Assembly: GCA_052426225.1 (NCBI GenBank)
Contig: JBNJNM010000012.1
Coordinates: 2,170,001 to 2,234,000, forward strand
Length of the DNA stretch: 64,000 nt
From: Zancudomyces culisetae HAW-14-8
Lineage: Eukaryota; Fungi; Kickxellomycota
Direction: 5' to 3'
Part shown: positions 45,098-55,856 of the stretch, in pieces
Layout of the letters: the number at the start of each line of letters is the position of its first letter
How positions within the stretch are numbered: the first letter of the stretch is position 1
Made by a program: the position numbers and the translations under genes
Notes under the pieces: model-generated
The model's database searches: none
Seen by the model: the letters and a program-made list of their open reading frames with translations, nothing else
What the model was told of the DNA's origin: nothing

Positions 45098-46505
45098 ATG
45101 TAAGTTTCAAAAGTATATTAGTATGCTGAGTTTATGTTTAAATCACATATTCTTCATTCAAATGGTAGAGAGGATGTGATAAGACATAACGAGCATTTAG
45201 CAGATATAAAATAAAACAAAGTATAATACAGATTAAAAGATAAGACTCAAATATGTCCGGCTTAAATAATCGTTAGGGATAACACCAACCTGGGCCCAAG
45301 CAACAGTAGTGGTTCCGGGGATAGTAGGGTATACATAATACTAGCTGTGTTTTCTGCAATATTTGTACTTTCAGGTAATTTCCTTTCTATTTAGATATGG
45401 TGGCCTGTCCAAACCTATAATATTTTTTTCAAATAACGGTCATCTAACTAAGCACTCCATTGTATATTTCATTCATTAATAGCAATAATTGGTAAGTGAC
45501 GGTTATAATTACCATTTCATATACAGCACATTACAATTCATACAACCTATTTACATGTACAAAAACAAAAAAAAATTCCGAATACAATTTGTTGTATTCT
45601 AACACTGTTCTTATAATGGATATATGTTGGTAGTATTTTTCAGGTACACAGATAACCGTTTCCAGTCAAGGCTCTTAGAATATGAGCCGACAGAAACAAT
45701 GCGGAATGCGGGAAATGTTTTAACAGAAAAAGATCTTAGTAAACTACCCACGTTTATTGTAAACCCTTCAGAAACAGAATCACTTCCAGACCTTGATTTG
45801 CTAAAAGAAAAATCGGCAAAGTTAAAGCCAAGCAAGTATAATTCAAGCTTTATTAACGTGGATGGCAGTCAATACATACTGGAAGCCAAACACAACCCAA
45901 ATATTGAAACAAGAAGCTTGAATGAATATAATCTATGTACCTTACCTCCAATAAACACTAGTCCAAGTGAAAAATATAAAGCACCTTCATATGTTGAAAT
46001 TAACGAAAGAATCAAAAATATGCAAAATAGCAACTTTCTTCAAGTAACAATGCATCCTTATAATAGAGAACCCACAAAGCTCTCCAGCGTTTCTTTACCC
46101 GAAAGAGGCTTGGAGGCAAGAGAAGGTAAAGGCTCATCTATAGAGAAAATGTGCGCAATATGTTTGGAAGAGTACTGCGTTGGCGAAAAAATCCGATCAC
46201 TGCCTTGTGGTCATCGATATCACGTGGATTGTATCGACGACTGGCTGCTAAAAAAATCCGCACTATGCCCATACTGCAAATTTAACTTGAAGAACATGGA
46301 CGAGAATGTAATTCTCGGGGAAGTAAACGAAACTTCAAGAGCAGAATACCCAGAGATCGTTGTTATAGATGCTACCTCTTTACGCGAGCCGAACCAAGAG
46401 GAGACGAGAGTTGAGGGGCAACATAACAATGTCGGACCAATGCATCAATATTTTTTGGGATTTAAAAGGGTTTTTGATGGATTGAAGTTATCTATGGTTC
46501 ATTGA
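45098..46505 (+). CDS. Single-TM RING-H2 E3 ligase (ATL-like architecture), 4 exons, about 326 aa
   Basis: Proposed exons 45098-45099 (AT), 45277-45374, 45483-45491, 45634-46505 give MDNTN...VYIILAVFSAIFVLSAIIVFFRY... and CAICLEEY...CGHRYHVDCIDDWL...CPYC. The RING exon is secure; the 5' exons are inferred. Confidence 0.8.
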
Positions 46506-47147
46506 GGCTAGAGCCGGCTTTTTCTTATATTCATTGTATTATAAAACAATATTCCCCCTACACGTCACCATTTTCGCCGCTATTAATATTTAGCATTTTG
46601 TTTGCTCTTTAAAAAACGACAGTTGCAAAATAATTCTAATAAAATGCTAAAACATAAAGACGTCAGTGGATAGCTAATAGTATTCAAAGCAAGGTTTCGG
46701 ATACTATGTGGACTTTTGCCATGTCAGAAAAACGTTTTAAATAGAGTATAAATGGGAGTTTTTAGCATTCATATAGCAGGGGCTTTCGATATTTGCTCCC
46801 CTCCCATCCCCTGGATCCAGGTAAATAGAATGAAAAAGGAATAGAGATAACCAACATAATACCAGTCTCCTACACTAATGTTTCTGGAAACCTAACAAAC
46901 TCATTAATGAAAATTGTAGTAAAAAAATCATGGTTGAATTATTTGATAGCCTACTTTTCTCGACCAGGATTTAAGTATATAGCGATTTTGTATTACTGTG
47001 CTAATATACCCAATTATATATGGAGAAAATTTTTTTTTAGTGTATAGAAATAAATACTGGTAGCTTACCAATATAAAGTTAATAATCCGAAAAGTTAAAA
47101 CTTGGAATTATTTAGTAGCGATACGAAATAAAGTATAGCAGGATAGA

Positions 47148-48550
47148 ATGAGAAAGTCTCTAAGAGGAGAACCAACTATAAAGGAGATTGCCAACGAGTC
47201 TGAAATGCATATCGAATCGGAGCTACACCTGGAAAATGGGGAAACTCTCGAAAAAATAAAGTCTGAAGAAAGCTTGCTCTACAACACAGAAGAAACAACG
47301 CTAGAAAATCTTGTAGTTTTGGGAGAAAAACCATTAAATCAAATGGAAGAAGAATTAATGGAAAGTTTTATTGACAGCGAAAAGATGGAAGTTGAATCCA
47401 CAGAGGACAAACGCAAAAATGATACCGAACAAACCGAGCAGGCTGAACAAACTGAGCAAACCGAACAAGCTGCAAGTGAATTTTCTGAGGAGGATGATCC
47501 AGTTTTGGCAAAATATCCTTTATTTATTAGCGAAAAGTTGAAAGACTACTTACATCTATTCCAATACCCACTCAAAGCAACTCAATGGACGGAGGATCAG
47601 GATCAACGACCAAGCATTGCCAGAGTAAAACCAAACGCACAAGTTGTGGAGGTAGAAATACCAATAAACACTGCGCACTCAATGTACAGCAAAGAACAGG
47701 GTAAAAAGTTTGCCGTTGGATTAGCAGGTAGTGGCGAGTTGCTTCAGGCCCCTCCTGGAAAGTTTTTTGATATGCAGACATGGACCTCAACTCCTGTACC
47801 ATTTTCATCAAGATTCATGGTAGCTGCCTTCCAAGATGGTATGTTCTCTAAGTTTAGTATGCTACAATATGTTCTTTATAAAGTCATTTTATGTACAGGA
47901 CCAACGGCGTCTGTCAATATATATATTTTTTTACCACAGGATGATAAAAAAAAGAGCCAATCTTCAGCCGTATTTTTCCATGTATTGTATAATATATACT
48001 ATATGATTTCTTATATAATAATCATACTGACAGGACATTTTAACTTGGCCTATAGGTGAACTTCATTTGACACCATTGAACAAAATCTCCCAGCTGCGCT
48101 ACAACTTGGCATACATAGATAGAATAAACGAAAAGATCAAAAACTCTCAAAAAAAGGCGAGTGAAAAGTCTGAAGCTCCAGAAAAGACCACTGAGACTCA
48201 AGGTGTAAAAACAGTTCAAGTAAGGAAACACGTTTATTCATATACTCGTATGCGCAAAAGGATTTTAATCTAGAAATCGCTGAACAATATTTTTTTTACT
48301 GTAAATACAGGTAAGGGTGAGATCTTCGCAGACAGAAGAAGTTTTGAAGCGGCAGGAAAATTCCATCACTAAAATTAGGCAGAGAATTGCAGAAGAACCC
48401 TGGTCGAGATTGGATTATTACGATGCCGAGAGCGAGGAATGTGCTGCAGTACACTCGCAGCTATTTGCTGCACAAAAATCACCCCTTTACGAGTCAAACA
48501 AAGCAGAATATTTGAGTGATATGAACTTGTTTAATCTTACCAGCAGCTAG
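47148..48550 (+). CDS. RPC5: RNA polymerase III subunit Rpc5/Rpc37 (Sin-like), 3 exons, about 364 aa
   Basis: Exons 47148-47838, 48056-48219, 48311-48550. EEDDPVLAKYPLFIS, LHLFQYP, ARVKP...VEVEIPIN, GELHLTPL...QLR, EEPWSRL. Confidence 0.88.
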
Positions 48551-49016
48551 ATGCGAAATGGAGTGTTTTTAGGTATACGAGCTGTTATTCCAGCTGTTTG
48601 CGTAGGAGAATTAAAATGTTTTAACCAAATATTCGCTCTTTTTATAGAGTGTGGGAGAGGAGTAGGGGCAGGGGCAAGAGGGGAAATTCTCGAACTTTTT
48701 TTTTTAGACAAAAGTTAATCATTTCTGGATCACAGTTGTTTTATCTAAAAGGCACCAAAGGACAAGGCAAATGTTTAGTGTTTGGTAAAACGTTCTAATT
48801 TTTTTTAATGAAGTTTTAAAATGTAAATAGAAAATATAAAGTAAGGTGGAACAAAATATTTAAAGGCTTAAAGCGAATTTTTAACGCAAGTATACTCACG
48901 AGGCCAGTAGAAAGGGGGTTTAGAGGTAATGCAACGACTACCGTTATTTTTGGTAATATTAATAGTGAAATTAGGATTTTTGGGATTGTTGGGATTGTTG
49001 TTATGAGCTCAATTCT

Positions 49017-52000
49017 CTATAGCTGCCCACTTAGGATCAAATCCACAACATCACTGATAAAATCCTTTTTGGGAGTCATATCGATTCCAAACTCCATACT
49101 TAACCGCTCCCTGATGCTTTTCTTTGAAACAAAATTCAAATCTGAAACCATTAGAATCTTCTTGATTGACTCAACAATTAGCTCGTCTGGAGGGAACATT
49201 GATTGAACTTGCTGCATTTGTGGTTGGGTATACATACCACCATTCATCACATCAGAGGCAAGCCCTCTTTGTGAAATGTTTGAGTTATAACCGCTGTCGC
49301 TCAACTCGTTGGTAAACATCATTGGGGCTTGCTGTAGAGGAACACCCATGTCATGAGGGTACCCGTTGGCTGGTACGATCGAAGATGGTACAAAACCCAC
49401 AGAGGAAGCCGGTCGTAGTGCAACTGGGGCTGGAGGTATCATAATACTACTTGTGTTTCCGACAGAGTTATTGTACATGTTAGAAACGGGTACCATCTGT
49501 GTGGGGTAGGCGCCAGGACCCATACCAGATAAGGGATCTATAGACTGATTATTTCCAAACGGCCCTGGGGTTCCTATTCTGGTTCCGGGGCGTGATGAAA
49601 TAGGTGCTGGTGTTTCTCCCCTTCCCATGTTTGGGTTCATGTTTGGAGCTGGCATGTTGAGTTGGCCTAAGCTGATTAGTTGGGCCTCATATTCAGACCA
49701 TAGCATCTGCGGCACCATAGAGGGGTGGAATTTGAAGTCATTCTCTGTTATTATTTTTTTCTTTCCATCACCCAAGACTGTACGCGTGTTTCCCCATGAA
49801 AAGTCGTCAAAATTCCAGAACGAGTATACTGGTAGAACAAATGACCACAATGGGAAGCAAAGTAGGTATATCACCATCCACCCAACATGCTGCCATTCGC
49901 GACGTAGTGTGAAAATAATTGCTTGTAATCCGTACACTGCACCAATAATGATTAGCGAAACAAAACCTACATCTGCGAACCCGGTTACTGAAATAAAGAC
50001 CAGATAAAGCATGTAGATTAAGACCGTGGGAATTGTAAGAGTACCAAAGAGATCGAGCATAACCACAAATCTCATCGAAAAGCAACAGAATCCACACAAG
50101 TCTTCTATCAGTACCAGCTCAAAAAGGTTGTGGACGGTTGAGTTGATCCATCTTCTACGCTGTGAAACAAGTACACTCCATTTTTCAGGAGCGACGGTGT
50201 CACATTTGGCATCACGAATAAATTTCAAGTGATAGTTGGGAAAGTGTTTTAACATAAGAGTTGTTAAGTATCGATCTTCTCCTAATGAAAATAGATTCTT
50301 CTTGTGTAGTGTATCCACATGTCTCTCCGAGTATGCATCTACTATATTAGATGCTATTAAGACTGGCTTCCCGGTTTTCGATACCAGTCTATACATGCAG
50401 AAACAACCGGGCAAACATGTCACTGCTCCAAATAAAGATTCGAAGGCCTTAGCCATATGATGCGAAATAAAGTATTCATAGACCTGCATCATAGTGATCC
50501 AGCTTTGCTGTTCATTTGCCAATCTTGTTTCTCCACATATACCAGCTATTCTTGCGTCGGAGGCACATGCGGCTACAAGACGCATGAGTGAATCTGGGGC
50601 AACCACAGTATCGGCATCAACCTGCAACAAATACTCGAATAGCTCTACTGGAATACCAATAATATGCCGAATCTGATGATAGATTTCCAATTCCAAAGGT
50701 GTCATTGGTAAGTTGAGCAATGCCTTGTTTAAAAATGACATCAAGAGTATCTGGGAGTCTCTCTTTCCTCTGTTTCCAGGTTTACTAGACTCGTGTGGAT
50801 TCCCCACCTTCACGACAACTATGAATGGTACCACGTGTCCCTCATATTCGTACAAACCTGAATACACCTTACCCCGATTGTATTGTAGCGACCCTTCAGC
50901 AATTGCTAATGCATCTCTCGCAGGTGGGTCATATTCAGGATCAACACCCAAGACATCTAGCACAATTCGTGGGGTAGACCGGTCATTTCCTCCACCAACA
51001 ATGTTTCCATCACAAATAATAAAGAGAAGCTTGCTCTTATCTGGGTATTCTAGCCCTGCAAGCGAGTTAACCGTTCTTTCCACACTATCTTCACCCTCAG
51101 TATAACAAGGAACTTGACAGATTACAAATTTGGATAGGGGTAGGGGTTTTTTCTTGGATCCAAATTGGAGAGCAGCTAAAAATTTCATCAGTACCACAAA
51201 TACGAGAATGCAAGCAAATCCTAAGAGCATGTAATTTGTAAACAAACAAAGCAGAGACCGTCTGGTATCTACCTTTCCAACATAGAAAAGCTGCTTCATA
51301 CAACTGTAAACTGCTTTTTTCTGACCCGGTGGCATTTTCATTCTTGTCCAATATTCTGAAATGTCAGTACTTCTTGCTCCTCCGTCATCAAATATTTGTT
51401 CTATTTCATCTCCCAAAAACTTCCACTTTTTATATGGAAGATTCTGCGGAAGCCTCATTGTGTAAAAATATGTATCCAAGTTAAACACCTCACCATTAAT
51501 CACCCTCCAGTACCCACCTTGCTCTTTGTGTGCAGTGTCTAGCTTTTTGTAGTCCCATACCAAATCGCCTTTTCTCAGCGACTTCATCCTTGGCAGCACA
51601 TACTTCCAGTAGAATTCTGGATCCATCATCTCGCTGGAGTTGGGAAGCGAGCCTACTTTGTGTGAGTAAAAATTGAGTGCATCTTCATCTATAACCTCTG
51701 ATTGCAGATACATTAACAAATCTGGATCATCCTGCCTGGACACCAAATCTGGACATGCTGATCGCACCGCCAATGGAAAACTTGCATTTATTTCATGTCC
51801 TGCAAACATCAACATTGCGTCTTTGCTAGCTCCATTCATGCTCATTCCGTGGTTTTGGTTGACAAAGTGCGTTATATCATATACCACACCTCTAAGCGAG
51901 ACATATGCACCCAATGCATCTTCGTGAACCGCAACATCTTCTGGTGTATACACTTGTTGCTTGGGACAAACAATCAGCCCAATACCAATAATCATAAACA

Positions 52001-52382
52001 GCAATATCGCCCAAGTAAGCACTATAAGCATGCACAATGTAATCTTCTCCCTCCATGCCATCCTCACTTCTGCTCTTTTCATTCCACATGCACTCAGAAG
52101 AGGGCTAGGAATAAGAAAAGTACACATATACGTCAACATTACCCATAATTTCCTCGTTTTTGTGATTTCACCTTCCTCCTCGTTATCCACAAGCTTTTCG
52201 CTTTTATCCTCCTCTCCTTTACCGCCGTCCTGTTTTTCAAGATTATTCCAACCTGAGGCATTTTTTTCGTACAATGTATCCCTGTTTACCATTGCAAACA
52301 TGGAATTATTGTTTAGTCCGTTAAACTCTGCCTGGTTATGACCAAAGTCACCCATGTTTTTATTTTTTTCGTCCCAATACAT
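49017..52382 (-). CDS. Chitin synthase, division 2 (class V/VII-like: cytochrome-b5-like domain, Chitin_synth_2, DEK_C), without myosin motor domain
   Basis: MAWREK, QVPCYTEG, ICDG, GNRGKRDSQ, QVDADT, CLPGCF, LGEDRYLT, QRRRW, DDFSWG, C-terminal DEK_C. Start at ATG 52382 or 52355. Confidence 0.95.
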   Translation of the reverse strand: MYWDEKNKNMGDFGHNQAEFNGLNNNSMFAMVNRDTLYEKNASGWNNLEKQDGGKGEEDKSEKLVDNEEEGEITKTRKLWVMLTYMCTFLIPSPLLSACGMKRAEVRMAWREKITLCMLIVLTWAILLFMIIGIGLIVCPKQQVYTPEDVAVHEDALGAYVSLRGVVYDITHFVNQNHGMSMNGASKDAMLMFAGHEINASFPLAVRSACPDLVSRQDDPDLLMYLQSEVIDEDALNFYSHKVGSLPNSSEMMDPEFYWKYVLPRMKSLRKGDLVWDYKKLDTAHKEQGGYWRVINGEVFNLDTYFYTMRLPQNLPYKKWKFLGDEIEQIFDDGGARSTDISEYWTRMKMPPGQKKAVYSCMKQLFYVGKVDTRRSLLCLFTNYMLLGFACILVFVVLMKFLAALQFGSKKKPLPLSKFVICQVPCYTEGEDSVERTVNSLAGLEYPDKSKLLFIICDGNIVGGGNDRSTPRIVLDVLGVDPEYDPPARDALAIAEGSLQYNRGKVYSGLYEYEGHVVPFIVVVKVGNPHESSKPGNRGKRDSQILLMSFLNKALLNLPMTPLELEIYHQIRHIIGIPVELFEYLLQVDADTVVAPDSLMRLVAACASDARIAGICGETRLANEQQSWITMMQVYEYFISHHMAKAFESLFGAVTCLPGCFCMYRLVSKTGKPVLIASNIVDAYSERHVDTLHKKNLFSLGEDRYLTTLMLKHFPNYHLKFIRDAKCDTVAPEKWSVLVSQRRRWINSTVHNLFELVLIEDLCGFCCFSMRFVVMLDLFGTLTIPTVLIYMLYLVFISVTGFADVGFVSLIIIGAVYGLQAIIFTLRREWQHVGWMVIYLLCFPLWSFVLPVYSFWNFDDFSWGNTRTVLGDGKKKIITENDFKFHPSMVPQMLWSEYEAQLISLGQLNMPAPNMNPNMGRGETPAPISSRPGTRIGTPGPFGNNQSIDPLSGMGPGAYPTQMVPVSNMYNNSVGNTSSIMIPPAPVALRPASSVGFVPSSIVPANGYPHDMGVPLQQAPMMFTNELSDSGYNSNISQRGLASDVMNGGMYTQPQMQQVQSMFPPDELIVESIKKILMVSDLNFVSKKSIRERLSMEFGIDMTPKKDFISDVVDLILSGQL

Positions 52383-54457
52383 ACTTTCTTCTAATGTATA
52401 CACGGGATTTACAAGTAACTTCCTCTTTTTTTCGTCTACCTTGATCTGGTATATGTTGATACTTCCTTTTTTTTATAATCGATACTGGACTTCCGCACAA
52501 ATTAGCGACACAGCGTAAAAAAAAATGGTATCGCTACTAAGACAAATGATATTTGTCTTTCTATACTAATTTTTCCTTTTAAAATATTAAGCCTTGCCGT
52601 ACCAATGTCTTATTATAGGGCTAACTACTTTAATAATCTCTAACTAAGAGTATAGCAAATTTGTAAAAAGTAGAAATAAAAATAAAAAGTATTCATAACA
52701 ATCAAACGCGCAAAAATAATAAATAAAGATAAAAGTGTCCTTTTTAACTACTTTTTAAGTAGCAGAGATGGAAGACGTTTAATCTTTAAATGCTAAGCTT
52801 CATAATAAAAAAAGTTATGGAAACAGTAAAACGTACAATGTATTGCCTACCATTAATACCATAGATAGCAAGGCAGCAAGAGGATAATAGAATTATTTTT
52901 TATTGAAGCACAATAAGGTTGCTCACTGTTTGTAAAACCCACAGCTTTAGCTTTTCGATTCGACATTTTAAATGAATAACGTTAGCAGGATCCAAAAGAA
53001 GGAGCTTGGTACTGACAAGAGAAGAACCAAAGATGACAGACATTCCTGATACCTGAAATATAAGTTATTTAGACAAATCCATGCCTGGTAACCGTATTTT
53101 GGAGTTCATTCTCAGTCAAAAAATCCGCTTGACATTCGACGCCATATTATTATTTAAGTTGCATTTTTATGTTTTGTGCTTTTGTTTGTTTTTTTCGCCA
53201 TTTGCTTGTTTTTGGATTAGGTATTATAATTTTTATCTTTCAACTAGCTCAGAATTGTTTGGTGATTCAAGGTAAGGTTGTGCATACAAACGACTCCGCT
53301 AACTAACACACTATGTGCATTGGGGTTTGATGAGATTTTTTTTAATACTAACCATAAATGCCTATTTAATAGAACAATTAATTTGATTGTTTTAGCAAAG
53401 GTAGAAGTTGCAAAAAAAAAAAAGGGAGGCAGATATTCAAATAGTGGGGAGTGAAGAGATGCGGCTTATTATTCACACAATGTAAAACTACTTGATACAT
53501 TGATGTTATTTTATAGAGCATAGTTGCTTATTGTTGTAGATGCAAGTAAAAAACAAGCTGTTGTTCAATAGCAACATCAAAAATAGGATATTTTGCATCC
53601 AGAACAATTAAACCTTGTAAAACCCTAATGCCGCCAATTCATGATTTTTTTTTGTACTATAATGAAGGGGTTATTATGGATATAGTTATGAATATCCAAA
53701 AAAAAAAATAATAATAATAAAAAGGAGCCCGATAAAGCTACATCTTCCAGCACAAAGAATGTAATGTTATTACTTGTGGAGCACACGCTGACTAGAATTA
53801 AGCGTGAGTATGAATTCAGCTGGGTTTGAAAAAATGTTTCCATTAGCTACCTCTTAGCAATAAGCTGAGCATATTGGATAGCGGAGGGGGTATGTCATAA
53901 AAAACACAATTCATACAGGAGCATCGCTATGTGCTGTACTCATTTAGTTTTCCATTTATGTGTTCCACTCTGAACCTGCCCTCGAGACCTTAAAATAAAT
54001 ACAATGACACATACATACACAATAAATCTCACCACAATGGTAGTAGATAGCCCCAAGCGCTACAAACAGAGATGGTTAAACAATTGGGGCGAGATACCCT
54101 CCTGTACCCAGTATACTTTGTTTAGTTTATTAACAAAAGAACATCTGAAACGGTAGTCAAAACTAAACAAAATCAAGACTGATTTCTTCTTCGTGGTACA
54201 AACCACAAGATCAAGGAGACTGAAACCAAAAGTCATTCGTTTCCCGGTCAGATAAGATGATAGTAAAAGGAGTATTTTACCTTGATCCACTCCAAACCCC
54301 GAAACAAAAGAGGATGCGCGTAATGGACATGAATAAAACTTTAACCTATGACCTGTTTGCCCGTCATCTAGCGAGTTACAAGATATGTTTTTAGATATTT
54401 AAAGTAAATGTACAAATAATAGTGAAAAAATAAAACAAACTCTAAAAAAAATGCAGA

Positions 54458-55264
54458 TTAGCGATGTTTAACGCGTTCTGTATATTGTGTCATGCCCCTA
54501 CCACTACCTATGACACCAACTCTACCATCGATTGTCTCTGGGCTCTTAAAAATACTGTTTTTGTTCACGGGCGCGACCTTAAAACGCTTTGATTTCTTTT
54601 TTGTAAAATCTTGCCACGCTTTCTGTTCCACTGAAGCAGTAGAACCCAGATTAGGGCCCTTTAGATTTTTTCCAGGCTTTCCTGCCTTAGGGGCGCTTAA
54701 ATCGCTAGAAGGGGATTCATCTCGACCGAATCGACGTTTATTCGTGTTTTTCGCGGGTTCGGTGTTAGCTGAAGGTGATGCTGACGATTTCGATGGCGGG
54801 TTTGTTGATTTCGATAATGTTGTGGATTTTGCATTATTTAATCTGTCAAGTTGCTGCTGAGAAATAGTAATCGGATGCAGTAAACTGGAAGAGACGCTTT
54901 CGGAGTTTCCATACCCAACAAAGGTTACTTTGAATCTGTTTCCAGGTAAAGCATCAACAATTTTAGCCGCATAGTACTTACCATCTTCAGAATACTTTGA
55001 ATAGCAGTCATCGCCTATTTTCCAATTAACGCTATTAGTTAATTCGCTATTCGTTTTATACGAAGAATCAGTAGCTGCTACATTGTAATTAACATTGGTC
55101 TGTGAATTGTTGCTATCCTTGCTTTCAAGCAGACAGGATAATTCCAACAAATCTTGGATTTCATTTTTTAATTTTACTAGTCCTTCATTTTCCGGATCGG
55201 CTTCTAAAGCTATTTCAATCTCTTTGATTTGATTCTTATAAAGAATTACCTCCTCTTTGTCCAT
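54458..55264 (-). CDS. SPF30: Splicing factor Spf30/SMNDC1 (Tudor domain)
   Basis: N-terminal coiled coil ALEADPEN, Tudor WKIGDDCYSKYSEDGKYYAAKI...VTFVGYGNSE, C-terminal WQDF...SIFKSP...GRVGVIGSGRGMT. Confidence 0.92.
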   Translation of the reverse strand: MDKEEVILYKNQIKEIEIALEADPENEGLVKLKNEIQDLLELSCLLESKDSNNSQTNVNYNVAATDSSYKTNSELTNSVNWKIGDDCYSKYSEDGKYYAAKIVDALPGNRFKVTFVGYGNSESVSSSLLHPITISQQQLDRLNNAKSTTLSKSTNPPSKSSASPSANTEPAKNTNKRRFGRDESPSSDLSAPKAGKPGKNLKGPNLGSTASVEQKAWQDFTKKKSKRFKVAPVNKNSIFKSPETIDGRVGVIGSGRGMTQYTERVKHR

Positions 55265-55856
55265 TTTGCTGACTCTTTTTTCTTAAAGTATATATTTGTG
55301 TTTTTGTATATTTGCCTAATTTAAGGAGAGAAAATTTTTTTCGTTTTCACGGGTACTTTTTATTTGTGGTACAAACTAGGTAAAGTTGGTTTAAAAACCT
55401 GGGAAAAAATGATTTTGTAAAGACAAAACCACATGCCAGTAACAGAAATTCCGTGCAACAAAAAAACATAAATTTTATTTGACTGCTTTTTTTTTTTGTT
55501 AGTTTATGAGTCTAGTTATGCTGCAATTATATTGGAAGTAGTTCTATTTTAACTCGACCGTTTTTTCCACAACAGAAATTTTGACTGTAGTATTGGCTGT
55601 AATAAATAATTCCAGTTTCCAAACAGTTGAATGAAAAAGGGTACAAAAATAAGAATCGCCAAACATGACCTGCTAGGGAGAGAGAGAGAAGAAGAAAGAC
55701 AAATAGGCAAAATCGATGGGTATTTGGTAGAAGTCACAAACGAGATACTCTCCTTTGAATAAACAGTAAGACTGGTTTTATTAACAAAAGACTTCCCTAG
55801 CAATGGTAGGAAAATAAGAGAAAGGTGGTTTCCCAAGCAACAAAGATAACAAAGAA

